Below are positions 40,812 to 50,053 of a stretch of 64,000 bases of DNA, in pieces (within the stretch, counting starts at the first letter, position 1; each line of letters begins with the position of its first letter). The DNA is from Longimicrobiales bacterium (GTDB taxonomy: Bacteria; Gemmatimonadota; Gemmatimonadetes; Longimicrobiales; Gaopeijiaceae). The notes under the pieces were generated by a model. It saw only the letters and a program-made list of their open reading frames with translations. It ran no database searches and was not told the origin of the DNA. Location of the stretch: positions 1,344,001 through 1,408,000 of the forward strand of contig CBDDCX010000008.1 in the NCBI GenBank assembly GCA_965226375.1. Reading direction: 5' to 3'. Both the position numbers and the translations under genes were made by a program.

Positions 40812-41273
40812 ATGCGCTTACGAGATTTTGTTCGAGCTGATTCGATGCTATGCGGATTCCGAGCCGGCTCGCGTGACGATACCATCGGGCTGTTGGTCGA
40901 GACACTGGTGAGCCGTGGACTGATACAGAATGAGTGGGACGTAAAAAACCGGCTTATACGTACCGAGGATGTGCACACCACAGCCATCGGCAATGGGGTC
41001 GCGATTCCTCACGCCACCGTCGAGGGTTTAGGGGGAACGCTTCTCATGGTGGCCGTTTCGGGCCACCCCGTGACGTTCGGACCGGCGGAAGTCGAGACCT
41101 GTTCCGTGTTCTTCCTACTCCTTTCTCCACCCAACAGGGGAGGTGAGCACATCCGGATTCTGGCCAGGATAGCACGACTGGCGTCCGACCCATCCGCCGT
41201 AGAGCGTCTCCGGTCTGCCGGCTCGGAAGAGCTCCTGGTGGAAGCGTTGCAGGTAATGGACGACCGACGCTGA
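40812..41273 (+). CDS. PTS EIIA (Ntr/fructose-type) domain protein
   Basis: TTAIGNGVAIPH phospho-His motif; FLLLSP.....HIRILARIARL; start ATG at 40812. Confidence 0.9.
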   Translation: MRLRDFVRADSMLCGFRAGSRDDTIGLLVETLVSRGLIQNEWDVKNRLIRTEDVHTTAIGNGVAIPHATVEGLGGTLLMVAVSGHPVTFGPAEVETCSVFFLLLSPPNRGGEHIRILARIARLASDPSAVERLRSAGSEELLVEALQVMDDRR

Positions 41274-41283
41274 TGACCATGCC

Positions 41284-41637
41284 ATGCACCTACTAGTCGC
41301 CGTCGTCAACGAGCCCGAGAAGTTGGACGAAATCCTGTCGGGGTTCGTGGAGCTCGGAGTGCGTGGCGCAACCGTCATCAAGTCGGAGGGCATGGGCCGA
41401 GTCCTTTCGCACGACATTCCGATCTTTGCCGGCCTCCAAACTCTCATCGATCGATCTCGGCCGCAGAATCGCACCATCTTCACCGTATTGGATGATGATC
41501 TGGTGGAAGCGGTGATCGTGCTCTTCCAGGATATTTGCGGTGATCTTGAAGATCCCGCCACGGGCATCCTGTTTACACTCCCGTTGGATCGTGTGGTTGG
41601 ACTCTCCGCTACGGAGTTGGGCGAGCAGCCGGAGTAG
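41284..41637 (+). CDS. P-II superfamily (GlnB-like) signalling protein, non-canonical
   Basis: 117 aa; GVRGATV..SEGMG, and TGILF.LP....VG resembling the P-II B/C-loop region; contains no Tyr. Confidence 0.75.
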   Translation: MHLLVAVVNEPEKLDEILSGFVELGVRGATVIKSEGMGRVLSHDIPIFAGLQTLIDRSRPQNRTIFTVLDDDLVEAVIVLFQDICGDLEDPATGILFTLPLDRVVGLSATELGEQPE

Positions 41638-41644
41638 ACGGTCC

Positions 41645-42967
41645 ATGGATCCTCTCCTGGCCACCCTCATTCTCATTCTCTTGGCCCTCTTGGGGGCTCG
41701 CTTCTCGTTTTCCACAGATAACGTGCCGGCGGGGCCGCGACTGCTCTTCCGCACGGGAACGCACTTCATCTTCGTGGGCTTCGTGCTTGGACCCTCGATG
41801 ATGGGGTTCGTCACCACCGACGCCCTCGAAGACCTGTTCCCTTTCGTGGCACTCGGCCTCGGATGGGTGGGGCTGCTTTTCGGGCTCCAATTCGAGCGGG
41901 ACGCTCTAAAGGCGTTTCCGGGCAGGCTGCACCTGTTCGCTGCGGGCCAGGCGCTCCTCACCTTCGTCGTCCTTGCGACCGCGGGGATCGTAACTCTCCG
42001 AGGGCTGGGCTTAGGCGGCCCGAACGAGGTACTCCTGGTGCTGTTGGCGGCAGCCACGGCGTGCATCTCGGCCCCGGCGGGAATCGCCATCATCTCGTCC
42101 AACTTCCTGGTCCGGGGTCCCGTCCGTGAGATGCTGCTGTTCGTGGCATCTATGGACGCCCTTATCGGGATCACCGTGCTCCAGATCATCTACTCGAGCT
42201 ACCACGCGGAGGGAGTCCTCGATTTCCTCGGTGACATTCCGCCACCCGTTTGGACCCTGCTGGCCGTGGGTATCGGGGTTCTTTGCGGAATCATCTTCGT
42301 CTGGCTGACGAGAAGCCGCCCAGGCGTTGAGGAGTTGGTCCTGTTTCTCATGGGCATCACAGCCTTCGCCGCCGGGACCGCGCTTCAACTGCAGCTGTCA
42401 CCACTCTTCGTTTGCCTGGTCATGGGCGTGGTCGTGGGCAACCTCGTCCGCGATCCTCGGAGGGTGTATGGCGTCATGGCCAGGTGGGAGAAGCCGGTCT
42501 ATGTGGTCCTCCTGATGCTCGCTGGGGCCCTCCTCCGTTTTCCATCCGTTTGGATCGTGCCGCTCGCCTTCGGTTACGCGGTGCTCCGTGGGGGCGCCAA
42601 GATCCTGGCCTGCGGTGTCCTGGTGCGGATCGGGAGACCGGGATTTGCGACCCCGGCCTTCCTCGGGCTCGGTCTCGTTCCACAGGGCGGACTCTCGCTC
42701 GCCATGGCCCTGTCCGCCTTTCTGACCTTCTATGGACTCGAGGTAGCCGGCGTGAACGTAGGAGAGGCCCTGTTCAGCGTGGTCGTTCTGGGCGTCGTGA
42801 TCTCCGAGTTGGTCGGCCCGGCGTGTACGACCAGCACGCTGCGGCGCGCCGGTGAGATCTCCCCTCGTGTCGAAGAAGCCCTGGCGCTGGGCGACGACGA
42901 GCAGGCCCGGGCTCACGCCGTTCGGCACACTCCGGGTGATGGTCGGGGCGCCGATCTGGAACTGTGA
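41645..42967 (+). CDS. Cation:proton antiporter (CPA2/Na_H_Exchanger-like)
   Basis: About 12-13 hydrophobic segments; G.VLGP, GLQF, SPLF...V.G, GLGLVPQGG...A, E.VGP motifs. Confidence 0.8.
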   Translation: MDPLLATLILILLALLGARFSFSTDNVPAGPRLLFRTGTHFIFVGFVLGPSMMGFVTTDALEDLFPFVALGLGWVGLLFGLQFERDALKAFPGRLHLFAAGQALLTFVVLATAGIVTLRGLGLGGPNEVLLVLLAAATACISAPAGIAIISSNFLVRGPVREMLLFVASMDALIGITVLQIIYSSYHAEGVLDFLGDIPPPVWTLLAVGIGVLCGIIFVWLTRSRPGVEELVLFLMGITAFAAGTALQLQLSPLFVCLVMGVVVGNLVRDPRRVYGVMARWEKPVYVVLLMLAGALLRFPSVWIVPLAFGYAVLRGGAKILACGVLVRIGRPGFATPAFLGLGLVPQGGLSLAMALSAFLTFYGLEVAGVNVGEALFSVVVLGVVISELVGPACTTSTLRRAGEISPRVEEALALGDDEQARAHAVRHTPGDGRGADLEL

Positions 42968-42991
42968 GGTACTGAGCTTATACCTTTCGCC

Positions 42992-43558
42992 ATGGTCCAT
43001 AGACTTCTTTTCCCCGCCTTGCTGCCCATTCACGGCACAACGCAGGCGCTCGCACCGCCGGGAGGCTTGCAAGTCACAGCCGATATCTCGGCCGTGGTCC
43101 TCGCCGCGATTTCCGCGCTCCTGCTGCTGGCGATGTTGTTGTTGCTCGTCCAACTCCGGAAAGTGCTCGCCGCCCTTCAGCGGCAGATGCAACCGGTAGC
43201 CGATCGAGCCAGGGTGGCCGCCGAGAACGTGGAGTACATCTCGGCCGTGGTCCGCGAGGACGTGCAGAAGGTCCACTCCTCCGTTGCGGGGTTGTCGGAT
43301 CGGCTGAAGGACGCCTCCGAGCGAATGGAGGAGAGGGTCGAAGAATTCAACGCTCTCATGGACGTGGTGCAGGACGAAGCCGAATCCGTCTTGCTCGATA
43401 CCGCCGCTGCGGTCCGTGGGGTGCGTGCGGGAGCCAGAACCATAGGGGAGGGTATGGCCCGGCAGGACTCGGAGGGCGACTCGCCCGAGGACGGAGGGTC
43501 GGCGGACTCCGTCGAGGCGGAAGGAGCGATGGTCCCCGGAGACGCCGAGAGCGCGTGA
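42992..43558 (+). CDS. Membrane-anchored coiled-coil protein (DUF948-like)
   Basis: Single TM (SAVVLAAISALLLLAMLLLLVQLRK) followed by heptad repeats. Confidence 0.65.
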   Translation: MVHRLLFPALLPIHGTTQALAPPGGLQVTADISAVVLAAISALLLLAMLLLLVQLRKVLAALQRQMQPVADRARVAAENVEYISAVVREDVQKVHSSVAGLSDRLKDASERMEERVEEFNALMDVVQDEAESVLLDTAAAVRGVRAGARTIGEGMARQDSEGDSPEDGGSADSVEAEGAMVPGDAESA

Positions 43559-44472
43559 AGACCGTATGGGCCTTCTCGGTGGCGCTCGCTTGGCTTGCCC
43601 TCGATCCTGAACCGCTGTTCGCCTGGGGGCCCGGCACTCACATCGCCCTCGGCGAAACCCTTCTCGCGTCCTTGTACCTGCTCCCACCGGCCATCAGGGC
43701 GATCATCGAGGCTCACCCGCTCCACTTCCTGTACGGATCCATCGCAGCCGACATCTCCTTTGCCAAGAAGTACGTGCCCGAAGGCAGGCACTGCCATCAC
43801 TGGCCTGTAGGAGAGGAGATCCTGGCCACGGCGGACAGCCCGCATCTGACCTCGGTCGGCTACGGCTACCTCGCCCACCTGGCCGCAGACACGATCGCCC
43901 ACAATTTCTTTCTGCCCCGGCAACTGCTTACCACGAGCACGACGCAGGCTCTCGGACACGCCTACTGGGAGCACCGCATGGACATGCACGTCGGCGAGCA
44001 GTATCTGACCAAAGCCAGACACCTGGTGGTGCAGCATGACCACTCCGAAGCGGACGCGCTCTTCGATGAAGTTCTGAGCAGTACCATCTTCAGCTTTCAG
44101 ACCAATCGGAGAATCTTCCGCGGCATGATCCGCTTCAGCGACCACGACCGTTGGAAGCAAGTGTTCGACCAAGTCTTGAAGAAGTCTCGCTTCGACCTGC
44201 CGCCTGCCGCGGTCGAAACGTACCAGGCTCTTTCGTTCGAGTATCTGGTCGACTACCTGGTTTCACGCGACAGATCCCGTCCGGGCACACTCGACCCCAC
44301 GGGCGAACTCAACTTGAGGCTGGCGAAGAAGGTACGTCGCCTTACGATGGCCCGAGGCGGGGCTGGCGATCCGACTCACCTGCTCGAGAGCGCTGACGAG
44401 TTCTTTCCCCTGCCCCACGACGCACTGATACACTGGCCCGAACGAGAACGGATGGTGGCGATCAGCGACTGA
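43555..44472 (+). CDS. Secreted Zn-dependent phospholipase C / S1-P1 fold protein
   Basis: Signal peptide ending LFA|WGPGTH; GSIAAD, GYLAHLAAD..AH and H..WE Zn-ligand motifs; GTGA overlap. Confidence 0.85.
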   Translation: MKTVWAFSVALAWLALDPEPLFAWGPGTHIALGETLLASLYLLPPAIRAIIEAHPLHFLYGSIAADISFAKKYVPEGRHCHHWPVGEEILATADSPHLTSVGYGYLAHLAADTIAHNFFLPRQLLTTSTTQALGHAYWEHRMDMHVGEQYLTKARHLVVQHDHSEADALFDEVLSSTIFSFQTNRRIFRGMIRFSDHDRWKQVFDQVLKKSRFDLPPAAVETYQALSFEYLVDYLVSRDRSRPGTLDPTGELNLRLAKKVRRLTMARGGAGDPTHLLESADEFFPLPHDALIHWPERERMVAISD

Positions 44473-44492
44473 GGCGATCAGCGACTGAGGCG
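44457..44492. repeat. Exact 16-nt tandem duplication at a convergent gene junction
   Basis: ggcgatcagcgactga at 44457-44472 and 44473-44488, followed by ggcg. Confidence 0.9.
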
Positions 44493-45908
44493 GTCCCTGA
44501 GCAGCTTCCCGGTAGCCTTCGGGTCGGCTCGAGCACCCGACCGCTGCATGACCCGGCCGATAAAGTACCCGAGGAGTCTGCCTTCCCCCTGCCGGTAACG
44601 CTCCACCTCCTCAGGGCTGTCCGCCAGTACCGCGTCTATCCACCCCACCAGTTCATCGACGTCCCGGACCTGTGCCAGTTCGCCGGCCGCGACGATCTCG
44701 GGCGCCGGCCGGCCCGAGTCGGTCATGCGCCCGAGCACTGAGCGGCCCATGGCCCCCGACAGCGTGCCGTCTTCCACCAACCCGATCAGCTGGGCCACCT
44801 CGGCCGGTGTAGGACCGAGACCCGCAACGTCACAGCCGACCCGATTGGCTTCCTTGAGAAGCGGCCCACGGACCCAGTTGGAGGCGCCTTGGGGATCTTC
44901 CAGGAGGACTGAAAGCTCCTCGAAGTAATCCGCCAGCGCACGAGACGAGGTCAGGACCTGCACGTCCCTCTCCGGCAGCCCCAGCTCTTCCGCAAAGCGT
45001 CGCTCCCGCTCGGTAGGCAGCTCCGGCAACAGGCTCCTCAGCTTTCCGATCCTGTCGGCCTCCACCCGGAGACAGGGGAGATCAGGGTCGGGAAAGTAGC
45101 GATAGTCGTGGCTGTCCTCCTTCGAGCGCATCGAGCGGACAGTACCATCATGTTCGTCCCAGAGGAGGGTCTCCTGAACGACGACTCCGCCCGACCCGAG
45201 CACGCCCTCCTGCCTTTCCACCTCTCTGTGAAGCGCCTTCTCCACCGCCGAGAACGAGTTCAGGTTCTTCACCTCGGTCTTCACGCCCAACTCTCTTGAA
45301 CCCTCGGCCCTCAGCGAGATGTTGGCGTCCACGCGCAGGCTACCCTCCTCCATGTTGCAGTCACTAACGTCCAGATACTCGAGCGTACGCTTGAGCCCCT
45401 GTAGGAAAGCTCTTGCCTGGGCCGGCGTCCGGAGATCCGGCTCGGTGACGATCTCGATGAGCGGGACGCCTGCACGGTTGAGGTCTACGGCTGTCTCTCC
45501 GGGGAAGCGGTCGTGAATGGACTTGCCTGCGTCTTCTTCCAGATGGATGCGGCGGATCCGAATCGCACGGCCGTCGGATCCTGACCCACCCGTGACGGAG
45601 CCTCTCGTGGCCAGGGGCTCCTCGAACTGAGTAATCTGATACCCCTTCGGCAGATCGGGATAGAAGTAGCTCTTCCGGGCGAACACGCTCTTTTCGTGGA
45701 CGTGACAGCCGAGGCCGAGGGCTGCGGTGACCGCAAGCTCCACCGCCTCCGTATTGAGTACCGGAAGTGCCCCGGGTAGGCCGATGCACACCGGGCAGAC
45801 ATGACTGTTCGGCGCTGCCCCGAAGATCGTGGAGTCGGCACAGAAGAGCTTCTCGGCGGTACGAAGCTGGACGTGGATTTCCAGCCCGATGACTGGCTCC
45901 CACCTCAC
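44478..45908 (-). CDS. gatB: Asp/Glu-tRNA amidotransferase subunit B
   Basis: [48 protein letters not shown]. Confidence 0.97.
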   Translation of the reverse strand: MRWEPVIGLEIHVQLRTAEKLFCADSTIFGAAPNSHVCPVCIGLPGALPVLNTEAVELAVTAALGLGCHVHEKSVFARKSYFYPDLPKGYQITQFEEPLATRGSVTGGSGSDGRAIRIRRIHLEEDAGKSIHDRFPGETAVDLNRAGVPLIEIVTEPDLRTPAQARAFLQGLKRTLEYLDVSDCNMEEGSLRVDANISLRAEGSRELGVKTEVKNLNSFSAVEKALHREVERQEGVLGSGGVVVQETLLWDEHDGTVRSMRSKEDSHDYRYFPDPDLPCLRVEADRIGKLRSLLPELPTERERRFAEELGLPERDVQVLTSSRALADYFEELSVLLEDPQGASNWVRGPLLKEANRVGCDVAGLGPTPAEVAQLIGLVEDGTLSGAMGRSVLGRMTDSGRPAPEIVAAGELAQVRDVDELVGWIDAVLADSPEEVERYRQGEGRLLGYFIGRVMQRSGARADPKATGKLLRDRLSR

Positions 45909-47404
45909 TGTTCCGCCCCTTGCCCACCAGCCCGCCCCGGCACTCGGGGCACACCGGCACCCCGCCCTCGAGCGTCCCTAGCACCCTTCGAATCGCAGGC
46001 GGACTCAAGAGCCCCTGCCGTCCGGAACAACGCCGACTCGCCCCACCACGGCGCGATGATCTGTCCCCCCACGGGTAAACCGTCCGAGTCACCGATCGGC
46101 ACGGAAATGGCAGGGACACCGGCCAGGTTGGCCGTCACCGTGAACACGTCGGCCAAGTACATCTGGAGCGGATCCTGGATGCGCGCGCCCAGGGGAAATG
46201 CCACCGTGGGAGACGTGGGGGTGAACAGTACATCGACCCCATCACGGAATACCGTACGAAAGTCCTTCGCGACCTGACGACGCACGCCCTGAGCCCTGCC
46301 ATAATACCGGTCGTAGTAGCCGTCCGTCAGCGCAAAGGTGCCGAGCAAGATGCGCCGCTTTACCTCGGCTCCGAACCCGTCCGTGCGAGTCCTTTCATAC
46401 AGTTCACCCAGGTCCCGACAGTCCTCGCGCCGGATTCCGTATCGTACGCCATCGAATCGGGCCAGGTTGCTCGACGCCTCGGCATTGGCCACCACGTAGT
46501 AAGCGGGAAGCGCGCTATGTGTGTGGGGGAGCGACACCTCCCGGATCGTCGCCCCACGTGCTTCGAGCGCGCCCAGAGCCTCTCGGCACCGGGTGTGGAC
46601 GCCCTCCTCCAACGCCTCGCCAAAGTATTCGCGGGGCACGCCAACCACCAACCCCTCCACGCCTTCCTCACATGCGGCCACCAGATCGGGAACGCTCCGA
46701 TCGGCCGACGTGGAATCCAGTGGATCGTGCCCCCCTACGACCTCGAGGAGGGCGGCCGCGTCGCGTACGCTGCGCCCGAACGTACCGACCTGGTCCAGTG
46801 ACGATGCGAAGGCCACCAGCCCGTAACGGCTCACCAGACCATAGGTCGGTTTGACGCCTACGACTCCGCAGAACGCAGCCGGCTGTCGCACCGAGCCCCC
46901 GGTGTCGGAGCCCAGCGCTCCGGGCACAAGTCCAGCCGCTACGGCGGCGGCAGATCCTCCGGAGCTCCCGCCCGGCACACGAGTGGGATCGGCTGGATTA
47001 CAGACGGGTCCGAATGCCGAGTTTTCGTTCGACGATCCCATGGCGAACTCGTCCATATTGGTCTTGCCGATGACTACCGCGCCCTCTTCGCGAAGCCGTC
47101 GTACGACGGTAGCCTCATAAGGAGACCGGTAGCCCTCCAGCATCTTGGAGGCACATGTCGTCGGGAGACCATCGGTCGTGGCGAGGTTGTCTTTGACGGC
47201 GATCGGCACGCCGGCGAGGGCTCCCTCGGCCGGGCCGGTGCTCGGTCGCTCCAACTGCTCGGACGAAAGCACGGCCAGAAACGCGTTCAGGGGCTCGGCA
47301 CCTTCTTCGCGTTCCCGCAGGCACCGGAGCGCCGCTCGCGCCGGTTCCAGAAAATCCACCGCACCGTCACGGACAGCAGCGGCGACCGCAGCGACGTCAC
47401 TCAT
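45905..47404 (-). CDS. gatA: Asp/Glu-tRNA amidotransferase subunit A
   Basis: [46 protein letters not shown]; start ATG at 47404. Confidence 0.96.
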   Translation of the reverse strand: MSDVAAVAAAVRDGAVDFLEPARAALRCLREREEGAEPLNAFLAVLSSEQLERPSTGPAEGALAGVPIAVKDNLATTDGLPTTCASKMLEGYRSPYEATVVRRLREEGAVVIGKTNMDEFAMGSSNENSAFGPVCNPADPTRVPGGSSGGSAAAVAAGLVPGALGSDTGGSVRQPAAFCGVVGVKPTYGLVSRYGLVAFASSLDQVGTFGRSVRDAAALLEVVGGHDPLDSTSADRSVPDLVAACEEGVEGLVVGVPREYFGEALEEGVHTRCREALGALEARGATIREVSLPHTHSALPAYYVVANAEASSNLARFDGVRYGIRREDCRDLGELYERTRTDGFGAEVKRRILLGTFALTDGYYDRYYGRAQGVRRQVAKDFRTVFRDGVDVLFTPTSPTVAFPLGARIQDPLQMYLADVFTVTANLAGVPAISVPIGDSDGLPVGGQIIAPWWGESALFRTAGALESACDSKGARDARGRGAGVPRVPGRAGGQGAEQ

Positions 47405-47714
47405 GCCCGCTCGGGGGCTCGTCATCCGTACCGAGTGACGGAGGGGAGGGCACGACGAAAAATCCTTCTCGGAAGTCCGGCGCATAGTGGTCCAACGAAC
47501 CGACCAATGGGTCGGGCCGACCCCTCGGTGCGCGCCCGGGCACAGCTCGGAGGGGAGGCTCGGTGGTCGTCTCGTCCACAGACACGGACGCCAGGGTATC
47601 AACGTACGCCAGGATGTCGTTCAGATCTCGTCCCAGAGCTTCGGCCTCCGCCTCCGAGAGGTGCAGACGCGCCAGCCCCGCGATGCGGAACACGTCGTCA
47701 CGATCTACGGACAC
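47397..47714 (-). CDS. gatC: Asp/Glu-tRNA amidotransferase subunit C
   Basis: V..IA.LARL, L..IL.YV..L, FFVVP; precedes gatA. Confidence 0.9.
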   Translation of the reverse strand: MSVDRDDVFRIAGLARLHLSEAEAEALGRDLNDILAYVDTLASVSVDETTTEPPLRAVPGRAPRGRPDPLVGSLDHYAPDFREGFFVVPSPPSLGTDDEPPSGHE

Positions 47715-47723
47715 CGAACGCCC

Positions 47724-50039
47724 TCAGTCGTAGTCACGGCTCAGGCCCGCGTAGCGGACCAGCATCTTCTTGGTGCCCACCGAATCAAAGTGAATCGTCA
47801 CTTTGAGATCTCTCCCGAAGCCTGAGACTTCCCCCACCGTGCCGGACCCGAACGTCTCGTGAGCCACTCTTTCGCCCTTGATGAAACGTGGAAGATCTTG
47901 GTTGAAGCTCGCGTCGAGATCGAGAGCGTCTTCGGATGCCTCTCGATCGCTCTTGGGAAACAGTGGGGCCCGGCGTGGGTCCCTGCGGGCCCGGCGCGAC
48001 AAGTAGCCCCCCGTGGTCCCGACAACGGCAGTCTCCACTTCCTCCACGAGGTGCTCAGGGATCGCCTCGACGAAGGGGGACAGGCGCCCATGCATGATGT
48101 CCCCGGCACGACGTCGCTGCCGGGCATGGGTCAAAAAAAGCTTGTCCTCGGCACGGGTGATTCCGACGTAGAAAAGGCGACGCTCCTCCTCGAGTTCCGC
48201 AGGTTCGTCGTAGGCGCGACGCAACGGAAACAGACCGTCTTCGAGCCCCGAGATGAACACCACCGGAAACTCCAGACCCTTGGCGTTGTGAAGGGTCATC
48301 ATCGTAACCGCGTCAGCGTCCGGGTCGTGGCGATCTATGTCGGCCACCAGAGCCACCTGCTGAAGGAACAGGTCCAGCTCGCTGAAGTGATCAAAGTCCT
48401 CCGCCTCCTGCTCCTCCAGGAGCTCCGCATTGTAGTCGAGCGCCCCGGCGATGAGCTCTCTCACGTTGTCGGCCCGATCCTCTCCATCCGGACCCTCGTC
48501 CTCGAGATGTCGAGAGAGCTCCAACTCTTCCACGAGGCTCTCGAGTAGCTCACCCACCCGCATCTGAGAGGCCAGCGCCGAATATCTCTGAATCAGGACC
48601 GCGAATCGCTCGAGCCCTCGGGCACCCGCCTGAGGAAGCTCCGGTGCTTCCTGGGCCCGCGAGGCAGCTTCCAGCAGACTGATCTCCTGGGACTCGGCCC
48701 ATGTCGCCAACCTTTCCTGTGTGGCGGCACCGATCCCGCGACGTGGATAGTTGACGATGCGGTCGAAGGCGCCGGCATCCAGGGGGTTCGAAATGAGCCG
48801 CAGGTAGGCGAGGACGTCTTGGATTTCACGGCGTTCGTAGAAGCGCACGCCACCTACAATCTGGTAGGGTAGACCTCTCCGGCGGAACACATCCTCTAGC
48901 GCCCGGGACTGGGCATTGGTCCGATAGAGAATGGCGACTTCGCGATGCATGAGACCGGAATCGGCCGCCCGCCGGCCCTCGACCTGATCACAGATCCAGC
49001 GAGCCTCATCCGTCTCACTGGAGGAGGTCACGACCGTGATCCGCTCCCCTCCGGATCTGTCGGTTCGAAGTGTTTTTCCTTTTCGCTGCACGTTCTCGGC
49101 AATCACGGCGTTCGCCGCCGAGAGAATCACATCGGTCGACCGGTAATTCTGCTCCAACCGTACCACATGAGCCCCTGGGAACTTCGTCTCGAATTCGAGG
49201 ATGTTCCTGATGTCTGCTCCCCGCCAGCCATAGATACTCTGATCGTCGTCGCCCACGACCATGAGGTTTTGGTGGCTCGACGCCAGCAGCTCGACGAAAC
49301 GAAATTGGGCGACGTTCGTGTCCTGATACTCGTCTACCAGGACGAAGTTGAACCGTCGTCGGTACCGGCCTAAGAGCTCCGGATCGGCCTCGAAGAGCTC
49401 CACCGGCTTCCCTAGAAGGTCATCGAAGTCGAACCCGTTTTGATTCTTCAGGGCCTCTTGGTACGCCGGGTAGACCTTGGCCACGTTGCGCGCAAAAATG
49501 TCGAAGCTCCCCTCGTTGTCTTCGACGAACTGCTGGGGCGTGACCAGCTGGTTCTTCGCACCACTTACGTGCGCCCGAATGGCCTTCGGACTCCAACGCC
49601 GCGTGTCCAACCCCACCGCCTCCGCGGTTTTCTTGATAAGCCGGAGGCTCTGTTCGGCGTCGAAAATGGTAAAGGTGTTGGTCCAGCCCAGACTCGGAGC
49701 ATGCCGCCGCAGAAGACGCGCTCCCAGCGCGTGGAAGGTGCCGGTCCACATGCCCCGAGGCTCCGCACCCAGCAGGCCGGTAATGCGCTCACGCATCTCA
49801 CCGGCGGCCTTGTTGGTGAACGTCACGGCCAGAATGCGATCGGGGGGAACACCATGTTCGTGGATGAGGTGTGCGATACGCGTGGTGAGCACTCGGGTTT
49901 TGCCCGACCCGGCGCCTGCCAAGACGAGCAGAGGTCCTTCGAAGTGCTCCACCGCCTCGCGTTGGCTTTCGTTGAGCTGTGCCAGATACGAATCCGAGAG
50001 GACCGTACGTCGATCCCGGGCTTCTGGAGAGGTGTTCAG
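47724..50039 (-). CDS. pcrA: ATP-dependent DNA helicase PcrA/UvrD
   Basis: AGAGSGKT, TFTNKAA, DEYQD, GDDDQSIY, QNYRS, HNAKGLEF, EERRLFYV; Tudor-like C-terminus; probable CTG start at 50039. Confidence 0.95.
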   Translation of the reverse strand: MNTSPEARDRRTVLSDSYLAQLNESQREAVEHFEGPLLVLAGAGSGKTRVLTTRIAHLIHEHGVPPDRILAVTFTNKAAGEMRERITGLLGAEPRGMWTGTFHALGARLLRRHAPSLGWTNTFTIFDAEQSLRLIKKTAEAVGLDTRRWSPKAIRAHVSGAKNQLVTPQQFVEDNEGSFDIFARNVAKVYPAYQEALKNQNGFDFDDLLGKPVELFEADPELLGRYRRRFNFVLVDEYQDTNVAQFRFVELLASSHQNLMVVGDDDQSIYGWRGADIRNILEFETKFPGAHVVRLEQNYRSTDVILSAANAVIAENVQRKGKTLRTDRSGGERITVVTSSSETDEARWICDQVEGRRAADSGLMHREVAILYRTNAQSRALEDVFRRRGLPYQIVGGVRFYERREIQDVLAYLRLISNPLDAGAFDRIVNYPRRGIGAATQERLATWAESQEISLLEAASRAQEAPELPQAGARGLERFAVLIQRYSALASQMRVGELLESLVEELELSRHLEDEGPDGEDRADNVRELIAGALDYNAELLEEQEAEDFDHFSELDLFLQQVALVADIDRHDPDADAVTMMTLHNAKGLEFPVVFISGLEDGLFPLRRAYDEPAELEEERRLFYVGITRAEDKLFLTHARQRRRAGDIMHGRLSPFVEAIPEHLVEEVETAVVGTTGGYLSRRARRDPRRAPLFPKSDREASEDALDLDASFNQDLPRFIKGERVAHETFGSGTVGEVSGFGRDLKVTIHFDSVGTKKMLVRYAGLSRDYD

Positions 50040-50053
50040 TGCGTGGACTCCGA

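Noticed and set aside
42398..44172. Minus-strand ORFs of 429 and 331 aa
   Set aside because: They lie antisense to the antiporter, DUF948-like and PLC-like genes, which carry clear motifs
40812..44472. Plus-strand block as a mobile element or genomic island
   Set aside because: No integrase or transposase, no obvious compositional shift, and I saw no copy of the 16-nt repeat at the left boundary
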